Positions 12,992 through 26,751 of a stretch of 64,000 bases of DNA are shown here, one piece after another. Source of the stretch: Lepidodermella squamata (taxonomy: Eukaryota; Animalia; Gastrotricha); contig JBLDXI010000007.1 of the NCBI GenBank assembly GCA_047495785.1, forward strand, positions 930,001 to 994,000, read 5' to 3'. How positions within the stretch are numbered: position 1 is the first letter of the stretch; each line of letters begins with the position of its first letter. The notes below the pieces were generated by a model, which saw nothing but the letters and a program-made list of their open reading frames with translations, made no database searches and was not told the DNA's origin. The position numbers were made by a program, and so were the translations under genes.

Positions 12992-14647
12992 TTAGGCAAT
13001 ATGTTTAAGATAAGGAAGGTTAGGATTAAGACCAGCTTCGAGCAATATCGGTAGACTGCTTTTCGGCGCAAAATTCAGCACCGACTCGCCCCTTTTGTTC
13101 ACCAGGTTCAGATCGGGCTTACCAGCCAGGAGAGCTTTCAATGATTCTTCATGCCTAAGCCGGACGGCTTTCATCACCAGAGTGTTGCCATCATCATCAC
13201 GCTCATTAACATCGGCCCCAGCGGCAATCAGAGCCTCGACTGCCCCACTTCGACGGCCATAACCAGCGAACACGCTGAAAAGCGCCTCAGACAGGTAAGA
13301 CTTGCCTTCAGGAGTGCGACCATTCGGATCGACACCTTGCTCCAAAAAAATTCGAACCGTCTCACCAAGACCGTATAAAATCGCGAATAGGAAATGGCTA
13401 TGATCCAAGGCCATTCCATGACTGATCAACAGCTCTAGAATAGATCGACTGTTCCGACGCATCGCGTGAAACACTGGCCCATCACCAACGTAGTAGTCTT
13501 CGACGGAAGAATAAATGCCCGTGTAAAAATTACGCTTCTCGACAGGGCCGCCTCTCAGTAAACAAGGATCCCTCTGGAAAATGTCTGCAATGGCTTCCTC
13601 TTTCCGGATAATTATTTGCTGACAAAGGTCCAGGCGCTGGAATTTTCTCGAAAATAATACACCAATTAAGCTTTTCAAAATTTACCAGCTCATTGATTGA
13701 GAAAAGAGTGGGGAAAAGCAAGCGAATTTCAAGGCGATTGAAATCGCTGTATGCCGCAATGAAACGAACGCCAGCCGGATAGTCGTCAACTTTCAACATC
13801 AATGCTTCATTTCTCAATGGAAGGAACTCAAGAAAGGGAAACTAAATGATTTGATGTTAGCAATCGAAATTGCAAAATTATAGAGCTGACCTCAATTGTG
13901 TGAATACTTTCGAGATTGGAGTTCAAAAAGTGAATTGTCCGATCTTCTAGCTCCGCCGATCGTGCTCTGAATTCAAAAGGCATTCGCAATATGTCCAAAG
14001 CCTGGGTTCGAAAAATTCGTAACAAAATTTTGTAAAAATTAGTACTTCGGATTCGAACTTTGATTAATCCAATAGGTATTTTAACCAGCCAGAATCTCAT
14101 TGCCGAAACAACATGCTCGATATCTTGAAGAGGGTCAACGACCTCAGGAAACACGTCGGGAATGACCTTTAAAAAGTCGTCCAGCTCGGGGTTCCAACCA
14201 ACCTCTTTAAGCAATACATAGTAATTTCGGTGACATTTATCACGATAATCGACGCGAAAAATCTTCTTTCTTCTCAGTTGCTTCTTAAATTCGCTCACAG
14301 CACCTTCAACTCGCAGGAAAGATCGACTTTTTTCGCCAGGGAACTCTCGTGAAATAAGGCCTTCCAATAAATAATTGCTTTGCAGGAATTCATTCCACCT
14401 AAAGCATTGGTAGAAATTCAAGAGTCGTCGTGCCTAAAAACGGCAGGTTTTACTTTTTACAAACCAAACAGCTGTTGAGGAATATGTCTCGATTTCGCAA
14501 GTACATAAAAATCTCTCCACGAATTTCAACGGGCAGCAAAAATATGAAATCGAATGGCTCCTCTAGATTCGGCTTCTTCGAAGGCGTAGGATCACCGGAA
14601 TCAGCGCATTTTCTTTTCCGAATCAGCTTCCAAAACCAAGAAAACAT
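12992..14647 (-). CDS. F-box/ankyrin family gene F (last ankyrin repeat damaged/truncated)
   Basis: F-box exon 14450-14647, middle exons, ankyrin ORF ends at 'LPYLKHIA' where paralogues continue; a degenerate 'LLKYGAN' remnant lies past the stop at ~12930-12955. Confidence 0.8.
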
Positions 14648-14760
14648 TCTAGAATAAAATCGAAAAGCTTTATATTACAAATTTATCATTCAGAAAATCG
14701 TTAATATTGAAACTCAAAACAGCAACAAAAGTATAAATATAGGTTGAAAGAAACGGGTAG

Positions 14761-16608
14761 TCAATTACGAAAATGGTACGGAAATTCAAGCATTTCAATA
14801 ATGTTATCACATTGCCCAATTTTCTTGGCATGGTCCAAAGCAGTCAGGCCGTTCGAGTCAACAATATCGAGCCTGGCCCTGAATTTGATCAAAGTCTCGA
14901 CATATTTCAAATCTCGCCGCTTCACAGCTGCTATCAAAGCAGTGCATTTAGAGCCGTCAGTGTCAACGTAAGGTAAATTCGGATCCAAACCAGCTTTTAG
15001 TAAAATATGAAGCCACTTAGCCGGTACGAAATTAAAAACATTTTCGCCTTTTTTATTCCTCTGAGTCAAATCAGCCCCGGCTGCGATCAGCATTTTCAAC
15101 GGCTCGGCCAGGTGATATTTGGCCGCTTCCATTGCCAGGGTGTTTCCATCCTTATCTGCCTGATTAACATTCGCCCCAGCTGAAATTAGAGGCGTGATGG
15201 CTCCTCTATGGAACGAGTTTCCAATTTCTTGAGAAAAAAGAGCGAGATGCAAATAGGACCGGCCACTCGGGGTGACGCCATTCGGGTTAAAACCATGTTG
15301 CAAAAACACTCTGACCGTTTCCGCTAGGCCATTAGCAGCTGCGTAGTTGAGATGACTCGAGTCTAGAAGAGCCCCATTTTTTATCAATAAATCGAGGATA
15401 GGTTTAACATTTCGGCGAATTGCATGCGCCATGGGCCCGTCACCCCCGTAATACTCGGGATCGTGATAGCTCAAACTCATTTCTTTAACAGGACACTCCA
15501 GCAATAGAACAGGATCCTCCTTAAAAAGTGATTGAATTTCTTTCGTTTTTCGGGAACAAATCAGATGGCAGAGATCGAGGAGCTAAAAAATAGCTTCACA
15601 TCACTAATTTTCAACAGTAAAATTGAACTTATACCCGTTGATTTATTCTCAGCAGGCTGGGAAACACAAGGCGAATATCAAGCCAGCCAATATCGCAGTT
15701 TGAAGCGATAAATCGAACACCAGGCGGGTATTCATCAACTTTCTTTATTAGAAAATCGTTGATCCGAATGTCATAGCCAATAAAGGGTAACTGCGGAAAG
15801 AGTTGGATTTTAAATTATTAATCCTGGCAAAATATAAATACCTCGACAGTGTAAATAATTTCAAGATTGCTATTTAGCAGGTAAATAGCTCGATCATCGT
15901 CTAGAGCCCACCTAGCTCGAATTTCAATCGGCATTTTCAAATCGTCGAGAGCCTAAATTCAGAAGAAAGGATGAATTTTATATAAAAATCTGAGAAAGCA
16001 AACTCTTGAACAGCCGTTAGGTAATTTCAATAGCCAAGTTTTGACTTTTCCGTCACTTGCGGAGCCAGACAGCAAATAATTTAAATCGAACTTTACATAA
16101 TTATCTTTCGCCCTCTTAACTGCATCTGATTGCAAAAATTCCAACAGGCCAGATTTTCCAGGCTTTTCAGGTACATTGACCCTAAACCAATTTGAGCGCT
16201 GTTTTGCTCCAAGGAAAAAGTCGACGCGAAATATCTGTTTTTTCTTCAATATTTGCTTCAGCTCTTGAAGCGCTCCTTCGAGGCGCAGAAACGACCGACA
16301 TTGGTCAACAGGAAATTCTCGAAGGATTAAACCTTCCCAGAAACAATCGCTTTCAATGAGCTCCTTCCACCTAAATGGCAAAATACCACAGTTCCAAGAA
16401 TAAAAATTGAAAATGTAGTGACTGACTTTTTACAGACTAGGACACAGCGGAGAAATATGTCCCGATTTCTTAGGTGTAAGAAAATGGCACGGCGGATTTC
16501 CAGCGGTAGCAAAAATATAAAGTCAACTGAGTCCAAACTCGATTCAAGTAATTTCTTCGACTCCTGATCAATGATAGAATCAGCGTTTTTCCTCTTACGA
16601 GGCGACAT
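14761..16608 (-). CDS. F-box/ankyrin family gene G
   Basis: MSPRKRK, F-box 'FIFLLPLEIRRAIFLHLRNRDIFLRCVLVCKK', middle exons, ankyrin ORF 14761-15504. Confidence 0.9.
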
Positions 16609-17299
16609 TTATTTAATAAATAAAAAATCTAAAGTTAAGTAGAAAATAATTATAAATCGCCCTATACTAAGTACTATAAGTTGCCAAAACGTAGCCCCTT
16701 TCCACCTTAAAAATACGTGTAAAGTAGCAATAGATAACAAACTTAAATGGAAAATTTGACTACATTTCCAAAAAATATCTTTGTTTGAAATTGAAAAAAT
16801 TCCGGTTGAACAGCAATGCTAAGCCTGACAATGCTCGATCGTCTCGCTTGCCCAAGAATACTGTCTAGATTCTAGACGCTGAAATGGGCGAGCGGCCTCT
16901 TCCCTCGCCATGCATATCAATGCGACTCTCACGAGGCATTCAACACCTCGGTTAAAGAGCGGCTTCGAAATCGACGAAACTAACCCTACACCACGAGATT
17001 TTGAGGCAGAACGGCGCGAAAGAATACGAAAAATCCTAATTCATTAGTGTATGGATGAAATCTACACTAATACGATTTGCTGAAGTTTGCGACGAACCAA
17101 GCCAAGAAGGTGAAAGCTTACGATACTCAATTTTTCAAATACGACGGTGTCGAGTACGACCTACCAATTACGAATGACTGATTCTTCCATGTGAAAACTG
17201 AATTTTCCAAAAGTGTGTTCCCTCGTGATCTCCTAACAAAGTCTGATGAGTGCCATCCACTGCTGAGCGACAAATCTGGGTGTCGTCTCGCCTCGCAAT

Positions 17300-18290
17300 T
17301 TTCTATAATCCTGTATTTCTTCCCATTTCTTTTCCCGAATGACTTGCATCGTTATAATATTCTTCGATTCGCTGAAAAGGCCGAAAATAGCGGGCTGTAT
17401 GATTGGCGTCGACAACGAAACAATCAAGTTCTCGCAGGTGCTTTGGAGGTAGCTGCTTGTTTGTCAACTTCTCACTTCTTACCTCCAAGACCTGAATGAT
17501 GACCAACTATCAAATCTTACATTTTTGCCCCGCTTTTCTTGACTTTTGCTTTTAAAATCGAGATTTCTAGAAAAGCGGTGAGCCCTAAAAGACGAGAACG
17601 CTTTGTCAAATACTCTCCAACTAGCAGAACTTTCTGTCTGAACAAGGTCGCCCTGTCGATTTTCTGTGAGATCGAACTTTTTCGGTTGTGAAGGCTTCAT
17701 TTGAAGCGGCGATTCGAGCGGCGGGCTCTAAAGATCCGTCGACAACAATTCAACAAACAGTACAGGCGGTACCAGACGACGTGGTCGACAATTACTGGGC
17801 ACAGGGCTTGCTTGGAGATCACGCTGCCGAACCGATGCTCAACGGTCTGGTTTTTCAAATCGGCATTCACTGAACTCTCAGAGCGGCCGCTTAACACTTC
17901 GCTCTCCGACGTCAAACCATTGCTTTTTCAGTTGCAAGTTCTTGAAAATGGCTCCAGGATAAGTTGGCCGTGACTATTTCCACCACAGATTTCAACTACG
18001 GGACTTCCTGAATGACGGTGATAAAGTCGATCAGAGCGAAGGATATCGGTTCCAAACGTTCAAGCGAAGCTTCAGGGGTGGGTTAAAACTACAATTTCTA
18101 ACGATTTCGCTCAACAATCGCGGCAAAACCAACACACAAAATGTCCTAAGATTAACATTCAAACCCAAGGTCACTGAAGTATACGCAGCGGTAGACGGCT
18201 CGCCGCGTTGCTTGTCTCCACTAACGTTTTCCGAGTGCCTCAGCAAAATGATGCTTTTTATCTCGAGTTCATCGAAAACAGGTTTCGAGC
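17300..18290 (+). mobile_element. Decayed Crypton-like tyrosine-recombinase (DUF3504/KIAA1958-like) element fragment
   Basis: Collinear interrupted motifs: 'YDWRRQRN', 'KSGEP*KTRTL..QNFL.EQG', 'YWAQGLLGDH..PMLNGLVFQIGIH*TLRAAA*H', 'GGLK', 'KVTEVY..SPRC', 'DAFYL', matching my recollection of the DUF3504 consensus order; many stops/frameshifts. Confidence 0.7.
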
Positions 18291-18499
18291 GCTACGGACA
18301 GCCGAAAAAATCCACAAAAATTCAAACGAAAAACCTAAGCGATCACGCAGAATTTTGAAATCAAAATCGATATCGATAGCAAGAAACTGCATGCTATGCT
18401 CACGTTGGCTACAAATAGCGCCGAGCAATCAAGCCAGGTTCAGCTTCCGGTGAAGATGTTCTGGCTTCCAGATCAATCACACAATATAAAGCTATTGCG

Positions 18500-19600
18500 A
18501 GGTCATATCTCGAAGGCTGAGATTATCGAATTCACTCCGAAAAAATTGAATATTCACTACGTTATATAAGCATGAAGGTCTAGGTTCCTCTACCAGTGGT
18601 CCACTGTCACGGCAGAAATGAGTCAAATTCCAATCTTTTTGAGGTCCCCAAAACTTCCCACGCGAAAAAGTGACACTAACAAGGGTCACCACTTTCGCCA
18701 CTATTTTACCTTCTTATCCCGCAGGCCTACTAGGCGCCAGCGCACCCAACACACTGACAGAAGCCTAAGCAGAATATCTGACCATCAGCGCGTCCGGTAA
18801 TAGTTTCGACTCAGCGGCAACAAATGTCCAAGTAGAAATTGATCGAATTAGTCAATGGGCGCGACTATGGCGGCAGAAATTTAATGCTGCTAAAAGTGAG
18901 GTGCTACCTTTCTCATGGACACCTGTGAAATCCGCCTCACTGATACCTCAGGTGAAGACACTACGCATCCCGGGCGTTCAATTTGACTACAGTGCCTTAA
19001 TTGGTCCATCCATATTCCATATCCAAGTAATCAACATTGAAAATTGCTTGTTTCAACAATTCCGCAACACTAAACAGCTGTTTGTTAACGAAACGGCCAA
19101 GATACAGCTGGTTGACTACGTCATTCCGGATGTCAAGGAAATCGAGAGTGTCACCGTGATCGCTTGATCACGGTGGCCACCTTCACCAGCATCACGGCGA
19201 TCAACTTCACGTTGAATCTGGAATCTGGCATTCATAATGGGCCACTTACTTCGAGTGGGTGTCGTCTGGGAGCAAACGTCGTATGGGAGTTCCCCGTCAC
19301 TGTCAAAGGCCGCCAGGTCGACAGTGTGTAATCTTAATTGGTCCATCCATATAGACAAGGCGATCCAGCGGTGCTCCGCCAAATTGTCTTTCTTCCGAAG
19401 CCTTGCTTGGACACCAGGAATCTCAACATATCTCAACAGCATATCTAGCTCTGATCCGTTCAGCTTTAGCCTACAGCAAAGTTGCCTTATGCAACGCTCG
19501 AAGAAGACTTGCGCATGCGTCCCAATTAGCGACTAATATAACGTACTGGCGAACCCACGAGCCCCATGTAAAATTGTAAATTATTGTAAATAAAGAAGAT
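18500..19600 (+). mobile_element. Decayed non-LTR retrotransposon (LINE) reverse transcriptase fragment
   Basis: 'QGSPLSPLFY' (~18680), 'QVEIDRISQWARLWRQKFNAAKSEV' (~18830), 'NLNWSIHIDKAIQRCSAKL' (~19330), AATAAA near 19590. Confidence 0.7.
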
Positions 19601-19870
19601 TTTGTTTTTGTTATAAAACTATGTACTAATTGGTTCAAAGTTAGCGGCCTGCGTGCCCTTTTGAAACCACGAATTTATTTTGTACCAAATTTTTATACGA
19701 AAGTATATTTTTCGAAATAAACATAATAATTGTATTTAATAATAATAATATTTATACTACTTATTGTCAATAAATGATTTAATATAATTCGTGTTTACGT
19801 ATAATCAACATGAAAATCATAAAAAAAGTTGTATTTGATTGATAATTATGGATAGCAAAGAAATCAAGAT

Positions 19871-21200
19871 CTATGAGATGGCACGACTTTGATCATTATT
19901 CAGTTTTCCTAGGGCGACAACAAGAGATCCGTCGAAAACTTGTTCGGCAATGTAATCTAGGACAGAGAGGCCTTTCCAGTCTCGCAAATGTACTTTGGTA
20001 CCGTATTTCAGCAGAATCTGGATCGCCTTAAAATCCTGATGTTTCACGGCTTCAATCAAAGCAGTAGAATAGCGACCTTCCTCATTAAAATAACAAAGAT
20101 CAAGTCCAGTCTCGAACAACAAGGGCGGACGCTTTGCCGGTGAAAAATTCAGGACACTCTCGCCTCGCTTGTTAACCATGGCTAAATGGGGCTTACCGGC
20201 CAAGAGCAATTTCAACGGCTCAACATACTGATGCTGGATGGCTTTCATTGCTAGAGTATTACCATCTTCATCGCTCTCATTTACGTCAGCCCCAGCAGCA
20301 ATCAGAGGCTTGACGGCGCCCTTTCGACGACCAGCTCCAAGTGGGTTGAAAAGCGCGTAATGTAAGTAGGATTCTCCCTGCGGTGTGACCCCATTCGGAG
20401 CAATGCCTCCTCGGTCCAAATATAACTTAACAGTCTGATTGAGCCCATATGAAATACGTCAAGTCCAAAGCAACGCCATGGCTAATCAGAAGCTCCAAAA
20501 TTGATCGACGATTCCGGCGCATCGCGTGAAACATCGGCCCGTCACCCACGTCCATGGGAAGAGCACATTTTAGTCCAAGCAGTTTGCTTCTCAACGGGAG
20601 CTCCTTTCAGCAAATAAGGATCCAACTTGAAAATCGCAGAAATCCTGTCTTTTTTGCCGCGAATAATTTGCCTAAGCGCTGAAATTAGATCAAACTACTC
20701 ATTTATTGAAATGATCAAGGCTTCGAAATTACCAGCTTTTTAATTCGAAATAGACTTGGCAAAACTAATCAAATTTCGAGACAGCCAATCTCACTGGTTG
20801 CGGCGATAAAACGAACACCCGCAGGATAGTCCTCAATTTCAAGGATCAGTACTTCGTTTTTCGACGAGACAAAACCAAATAAAGGAAACTGAAATAATTG
20901 TTTTAGCAAATGAAGTGAGCGAATTTCATAACACAAACCTCAAAAGTATGAATAATTTGGAGCTCCGAATTCAAAAAATGAATAGCCCGATCGTCATGTA
21001 TGGCCGACCGAGCTCTGAATTCGAAAGGTATTCGCAGGTGATCCAAAGCCTAAATTAATAAAAAAGATTATTCAAAATTCCAGAATGTCTGAATATTAAT
21101 TATCGAACTTGAGTGACGCCGATAGGTATTTTAATCATCCAGAAATCGCCGGCCGTAATCACATTTTCGAAGTCTTCAGTAGGGTCAGCGTGGGTTCCCC
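19871..21200 (-). pseudogene. F-box/ankyrin family gene H pseudogene (F-box lost)
   Basis: End of exon 2 ('FWMIKIPIGVTQV'), exons 3-4 and a frameshifted ankyrin exon remain; the 5' part is replaced by the Crypton-like repeat. Closest to gene F. Confidence 0.8.
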
Positions 21201-21603
21201 AATGATTTACATCGTTATATAATATTCTTCGATTCGCTGAAAATGCCGAAAATAGCGGGCTGTACGATTGGCGTCGACAACGAAACAATCAAGTTCTCGC
21301 AGGTGCTTTGGAGGTAGCCGCTTGTTTGTCAACTTCTCACTTCTCACCTCCAAGACATGAATGATGACCAGCTATCAAATAGTACATTTTTGTCCCGATA
21401 CATCGCTTTTCTTGATTTTTGCTTTTAAAATCGAGATTTTTAGAAAAGCGGTGAGCCCTACAAGACGAGAACGCTTTGTCAAATACTCTCCAACTAGCAG
21501 AACTTTCTGTCTGAACAAGGTCACCCTGTCGATTTTCTGTGAGAACAAACGCGAGAACAAACGCGAGAACAAACGAGAACAACGTGTAAAGGCTTCACTT
21601 GAT
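21197..21603 (+). mobile_element. Second copy of the Crypton-like fragment
   Basis: Aligns by eye (roughly 90%) to ~17335-17704; reads 'KSGEPYKTRTL', 'VKASLDA'; contains a short tandem (GAGAACAAACGC) repeat at 21541-21583. Confidence 0.75.
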
Positions 21604-21730
21604 GCATTTAAATTTAAATTCGAATTAAATATATCGTTAATTAAATCGTCGGGTTTAACACACAACATTGACGAAATTTTAAAACAACAACAAAGCTTGA
21701 ATAAAAAACTGGAGAAAAACAAGCGATAAG

Positions 21731-23576
21731 TCAATTACGAAAGCGGCCGGGGAATTCAAGTAGTTCAATAATGTCATCGCATTTTCCAATTTTCTTGGCG
21801 TGGTCCAAAGCAGTTAGGCCGGCCGAGTCGACAATATCGAGCCTGGCCCTGAATTTGATCATAGCCTCAACGTATTTTAAATCTCGCCGTTTCACAGCTG
21901 CTATCAAAGCAGTGCATTTAGAGCTGTCAGTGTCAACGTAAGGTAAATTCGGATCCAAACCAGCTTCCAGTAAAATATTCAGTCGCTTAGCAGGTACGAA
22001 ATTCAAAACAGTTTCGCCCTTGTTATTTCTCCGGGTCAAATCAGCGCCGGCTGAGATCAGCATTTTCAGAGGTTCGACCAGGTGATATTTTACCGCTTCC
22101 ATAGCCAGGGTATTTCCATCTATATCCGTCCTATTAGGACTCGCCCCGGCCGCTAGTAAAGCCGCAATCGATCCGCGGCTGAACCCGCTCCCAAATTTTT
22201 GCGAAAAAAGAGCGACATGTAAATAGGAGCGGCCATTAGGGGCCAATCCGTTTGGGCCGAATCCACGTTCCAAAAATATTTTGACCGTTTCCCCAAAACC
22301 CTCCGAAATCGCGTATATCAAGTATTGTGGGTCGAGAACAGCACCATTTTTCAGCAATATCTCAAGGATAGATTTGATATTTCGACGGATGGCGTGTCGG
22401 ATGGGTCCATCGCCCCAGTAATAGTTGCCACCCATCGCGAAACGTTCCGTCAAAATGTTGCCCTTTTCAACAGGCAATCCGCGCAAAAGTTCAGGGTCCG
22501 CTTTGAAAATCGATTGAATTTCTTTCGATTTTCGTAAACAAATAAGTTTACAAAGTTGAAGGCGCTATAAGATAACATCATTATAAGTTATCAAAACGAA
22601 TCAGACGAACCTACCAGTTGATTTATTTTCATCAAGCTAGGGAAAACAAGGCGGATATCTAGCCGGCGAATTTCGCTGTTAGAAGCGATAAATCTAACAC
22701 CAGTCGGGTATTCGTCAACTTGCTTCAACAAAAAGTCATGGTCATCAAGGTCATCGCCAAAAATCGGAAACTAAAAATAATCAAAATATATATGATAGAT
22801 TGTCGAATCTTTGCATCCCAACCTCAATTGTGTAAATAATTTCAAAACTACTGCTCAACAGGTAAATAGCTCGGTGCTCCTCTTTAGCTGCTTCGGCTCG
22901 AATCTCGATTGGCACTTTCAACAAGTCCAGAGCCTAGATTCAGTTTCATTGAAAAATTTTCCGATAATTACTAATAAATTATCATACTTTTAAACAGCCG
23001 ACAGGAAATTTTAATAGCCAAGCTTTGCGAAACATACCGGTCACCGAGCGATCGAAATCACGATCAAAACTCAATTCATTAGTCACAGAGGCCGGAATCG
23101 ATTGCAAAAATTCAACGAGGCCAGATTTCCCAGAGCGATCGGTAGCATTAACTTTCAGGCAATTTGAGTCCTTCCTTGCTTTGTCGAAGTATTCGACGCG
23201 AAATATCTGTTTTTTCTTCAGTTGTTCTTTCAACTCTTGAAGAGCCCCTTCAAGGTGTAGAAACGACCGACTTCGCTCATCAGGAAATTCTCGAAGGATT
23301 AGACCCTCCCAGAAACAATCGCTTTCTAGAAATTCTTTCCACCTTCAGAATAAAAATCAAATTGAAAATGATTGAAAATACAGCCAAAGCTTACTTTTTG
23401 GAAACTAGAATGCAGTGGAGGAAAATGTCTCGATTTCTCAGGTACAAGAAAATAGCTCGGCGGATTTCAACAGGCAGAGTGAATATAAAATCAACTGAGT
23501 CCAGGCTCGATTCACGTAGTTTCTTCGACTCATCATCAACAACTGGATCGGCGTTTTTCCTCTTACGAGGCGGCAT
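21731..23576 (-). CDS. F-box/ankyrin family gene I
   Basis: ATG 23576 (MPPRKRK), F-box exon, middle exons, ankyrin ORF 21731-22486; very close paralogue of gene G. Confidence 0.9.
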
Positions 23577-24140
23577 GACTAACAATTAGAACACACAACA
23601 CACTAAATCGTAAATAAACACATTACGTATAAGATTTTTCTGTGAGCTTTCCAAATTTCATCTCCAGGATAAAACCGTGATAAATTTGGCGAGCCGAAAT
23701 TCGCAAAAAGAACCAGAAATACGTGCGAAATTCTTCGCTGAAAAACGCTTTCTACCTTGAAACTATACTCATGAATCTAGTCCGAATGTGAGGCATCGGT
23801 CAAATTTTTCAAAAGTTCGCCGATCAACCAAGTGTTACTTTAAAAAATTTCCCATTTCGATAAACTGTCTAAAATTGAAGAACGAACCAATGTAAATGAG
23901 TTTCTTGAAAGAATCAAGCAAGTAACTCTGGTATCATAGCACAAGGTAAATATTCGAGTTTGTAAATAAACAGATATGCAACAGCAACAACAACGTTTCA
24001 TCATTCCAAAATAGCATTCAATAACTTGAGCAATGCGCCTTTGTATGAATTTACAAGAACTTTTCATACAGGTGTGAATAAAGCAGAAAATTGGTTAACA
24101 AAGTCACAAATTTGGTATTCATCCAATTCAGTTTTGTCAT

Positions 24141-25828
24141 TCACTCATCGATATCCATCTGAGTAGGATCATCGATACCTTCGATGCGAATGTAGTTGAG
24201 ATGATGCCCAGCTTTTTCGAAAACAACACGACGTTTAGGATGAATCCAACGATTCAACACCGTTCGACCCGAATTATCCAGCCGTTTGACGTCAGCCCCT
24301 TTTGAAAGCAGGTAACGCAAAGGCTTGACTCGCGAGAATAAGACTGATTTCATCAATAAAGTGCATCCATCCTCGTCACATTCGTTAATATCAGCCCCAG
24401 CTTTCAAAAGAGCGGCGATACTCGATTTCCGGAACGGTTTTTCTTTCAACTGGGTGAAAAGCGCCTCGTGTAGTAACGATTTTCCATTCGATTTTTTCGC
24501 ATTGGGGTCACCGCCCTGAGCCAGGTAAACCTTGACAACGTTGCATAGGTTCAGTCGAAGAGCGAAAAAAACGTGGCTCGGATCAAGTTTAGATCCATGG
24601 CTGATGAGCAGTTCGAGAATTTGCTTATCATCACGTCGAATCGCGTGGTACATCGGGCCGTCGCGAGGCCAATTTCTCTCAGGATGAGTCATGTTATGAA
24701 AATCCTCTTCCAAATAGCTGCATGTTTCAACATCCAACCCGCGCAGAAGATCAGGATCTTGCTGGAAAATTTCATTGATCTTCGCCAACCTTTTGGCGCA
24801 GATGTGCTTCGACAGTTCAAAGCGCTGGAGATGAGAAAAAATTGATCGAAATAAAGATTTCTTTCAAATTAAGTACCAATTTATTGATTTTAAGGAGGCT
24901 TGGGAGGACAAATCGAATCGATAGGCCTTCGATACCACCCGTGTAGGCGATATATCTGACATCAGGTGGGTAGTTTTCAACGTCGAGAGGGGCGAACATA
25001 TTCTCCCAATCCCGTACAAGAGTCCTGTTTGAGAACTGAAGCAGAGAAATTAAAAGCATTAGGCTTCATCGAGACCTACTTCGGTAATGAAAACTGTTTC
25101 GAATTTCGAGTTCAGCAAGTAAACTTCTCGTTTCTCATCGCACCAGCTGTCGTGCACCAACTGGAAAGGTAGCCGCAAACAATTGATCACCTTAAAATGA
25201 ATTCTAACATGCATTCAGGTAGTTTGCGAATTCGTTCCAACAAACGTCGAGTAAATAATTAGGAATTCTCAAAATCCAGTAGTAACGCCCAAGTCCAAAT
25301 GGGTCAGAATTCACACGAGTTAAATCGTACTCGAAGGTCTCGATTGCTGGAAAATAATGCGACTCCGTGCAGAACAATTTGTTGAGAGTAGGGGGAGGCA
25401 GTGAAGCGTTCCCTACTGTAATGATTTGTTGAGACAGCATGTCCCAGAATAATTCACGAAAAAGTAAGCCAGCTTTTAGCAGCCTTCTCAGCGTTGAGAG
25501 GGCGTTTTCTTTACTACGAAGGAAGGCCTGGCATCTTTCGAAGGGAAATTCACGCAGGATCAAACCTTCCCAAAAACAGTCGCTTTCAAGGTAATCGTTC
25601 CACCTTATAAGAAAGATAAATCCGTAAGATGAAAAACGGTGTTGAGTTTCATTACTTTTTGCACACTGAAGAACATCGTTGAAAAATATCCCGGTTTCGA
25701 AGATACAAAAATATCGATCTTCTAATTTCAGGCGGCAATTCGAATAAAAGATCAAAAGGTTGAGATGGATCGAAATTTTCAAGTTTAGCTGGATCTTCGG
25801 TCGAACGAGAGACCTTGGACGATTTCAT
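24141..25828 (-). CDS. F-box/ankyrin family gene J
   Basis: F-box 'LLFELPPEIRRSIFLYLRNRDIFQRCSSVCKK', exon 4 'VENYPPDVRYIAY..FVLPSL', ankyrin ORF 24141-24788. Confidence 0.88.
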
Positions 25829-26751
25829 TGCAAAAAAGCGTATTCCTAAATTGAAAAATTGAACCACTATAGCATAGGTATTACGTTATTCTCGCCAGAA
25901 TTGTATTATAAACTAGGCGAAATACAATACATATAAAAATTTGGAAGTCATCTTCTTCCGTCTCCCGATCTTGCATCAGCTTTATTTCACTCAAAATATG
26001 GATATTTTATTTGTCTTCAGGCTTCATCGTCGAGAGTGATTGTAGGATTCTGGTAAAATCGAAAGGCCTATAAATTTCTCTCAGTTAAGTTGCCTCTGTC
26101 CTGGTCAATTCGCTCATTTTGCACGGACAATTTCGAAAATAGAGCATCCATAGATAGCCCATTCGCAACAGCGGCACCATCTATTCACTTCTATGGCTTT
26201 CTTGGACAGAAAACTCGATAGAATTGACAGAAATGATAGAAGCCAATTCGATTAAATGAATTCAAGCATTTGACAAGGCGGGTTCCAGGAAGTCCTGTTG
26301 GAATTTTTCCGTAATTTTTCTCCACCTCAGGAGCTTTTCAATCTTCAATTCCGTGACTGACTTCCTGAAGAGAAATTTTCCCAAAAAGATGGCTTCGACT
26401 CAAAATGGTACACAATTCGGAAAATTGAAATAATCGACAAAATTGAATCCGCTTCCGGCTGTCGAGAGATAAACCTCTCCGAAACAATAGAATTTATTTT
26501 CACGCCTTCCGCGATCCTTTTTCGACATGCTTCTCAATTTGAGATCAATTTTCCTAAAAATTGAAATGACATATTTTATTTTAAAGGCATGCGCTTGAGC
26601 AATTTTATTCCTCCGATCGTCGTTGAGCTTGTTGTAAAATTCACAGGTTATGGTTGTTGAAAGATGAATATTTTCGTTGTAAATACGTATATCATATATG
26701 AAGCATTAAAAACAACAACAATAAAAACAGTCATATTATCGTTCGGCATTC

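Noticed and set aside
21541-21583. Short direct repeats as a CRISPR-like array
   Set aside because: Contiguous 12-mer tandem with no spacers, inside a transposon relic in eukaryotic DNA.
23840-24067. 'RRIAQVIE' as a Tc1/mariner transposase C-terminus
   Set aside because: Too short; no TIR pair or catalytic motifs found.
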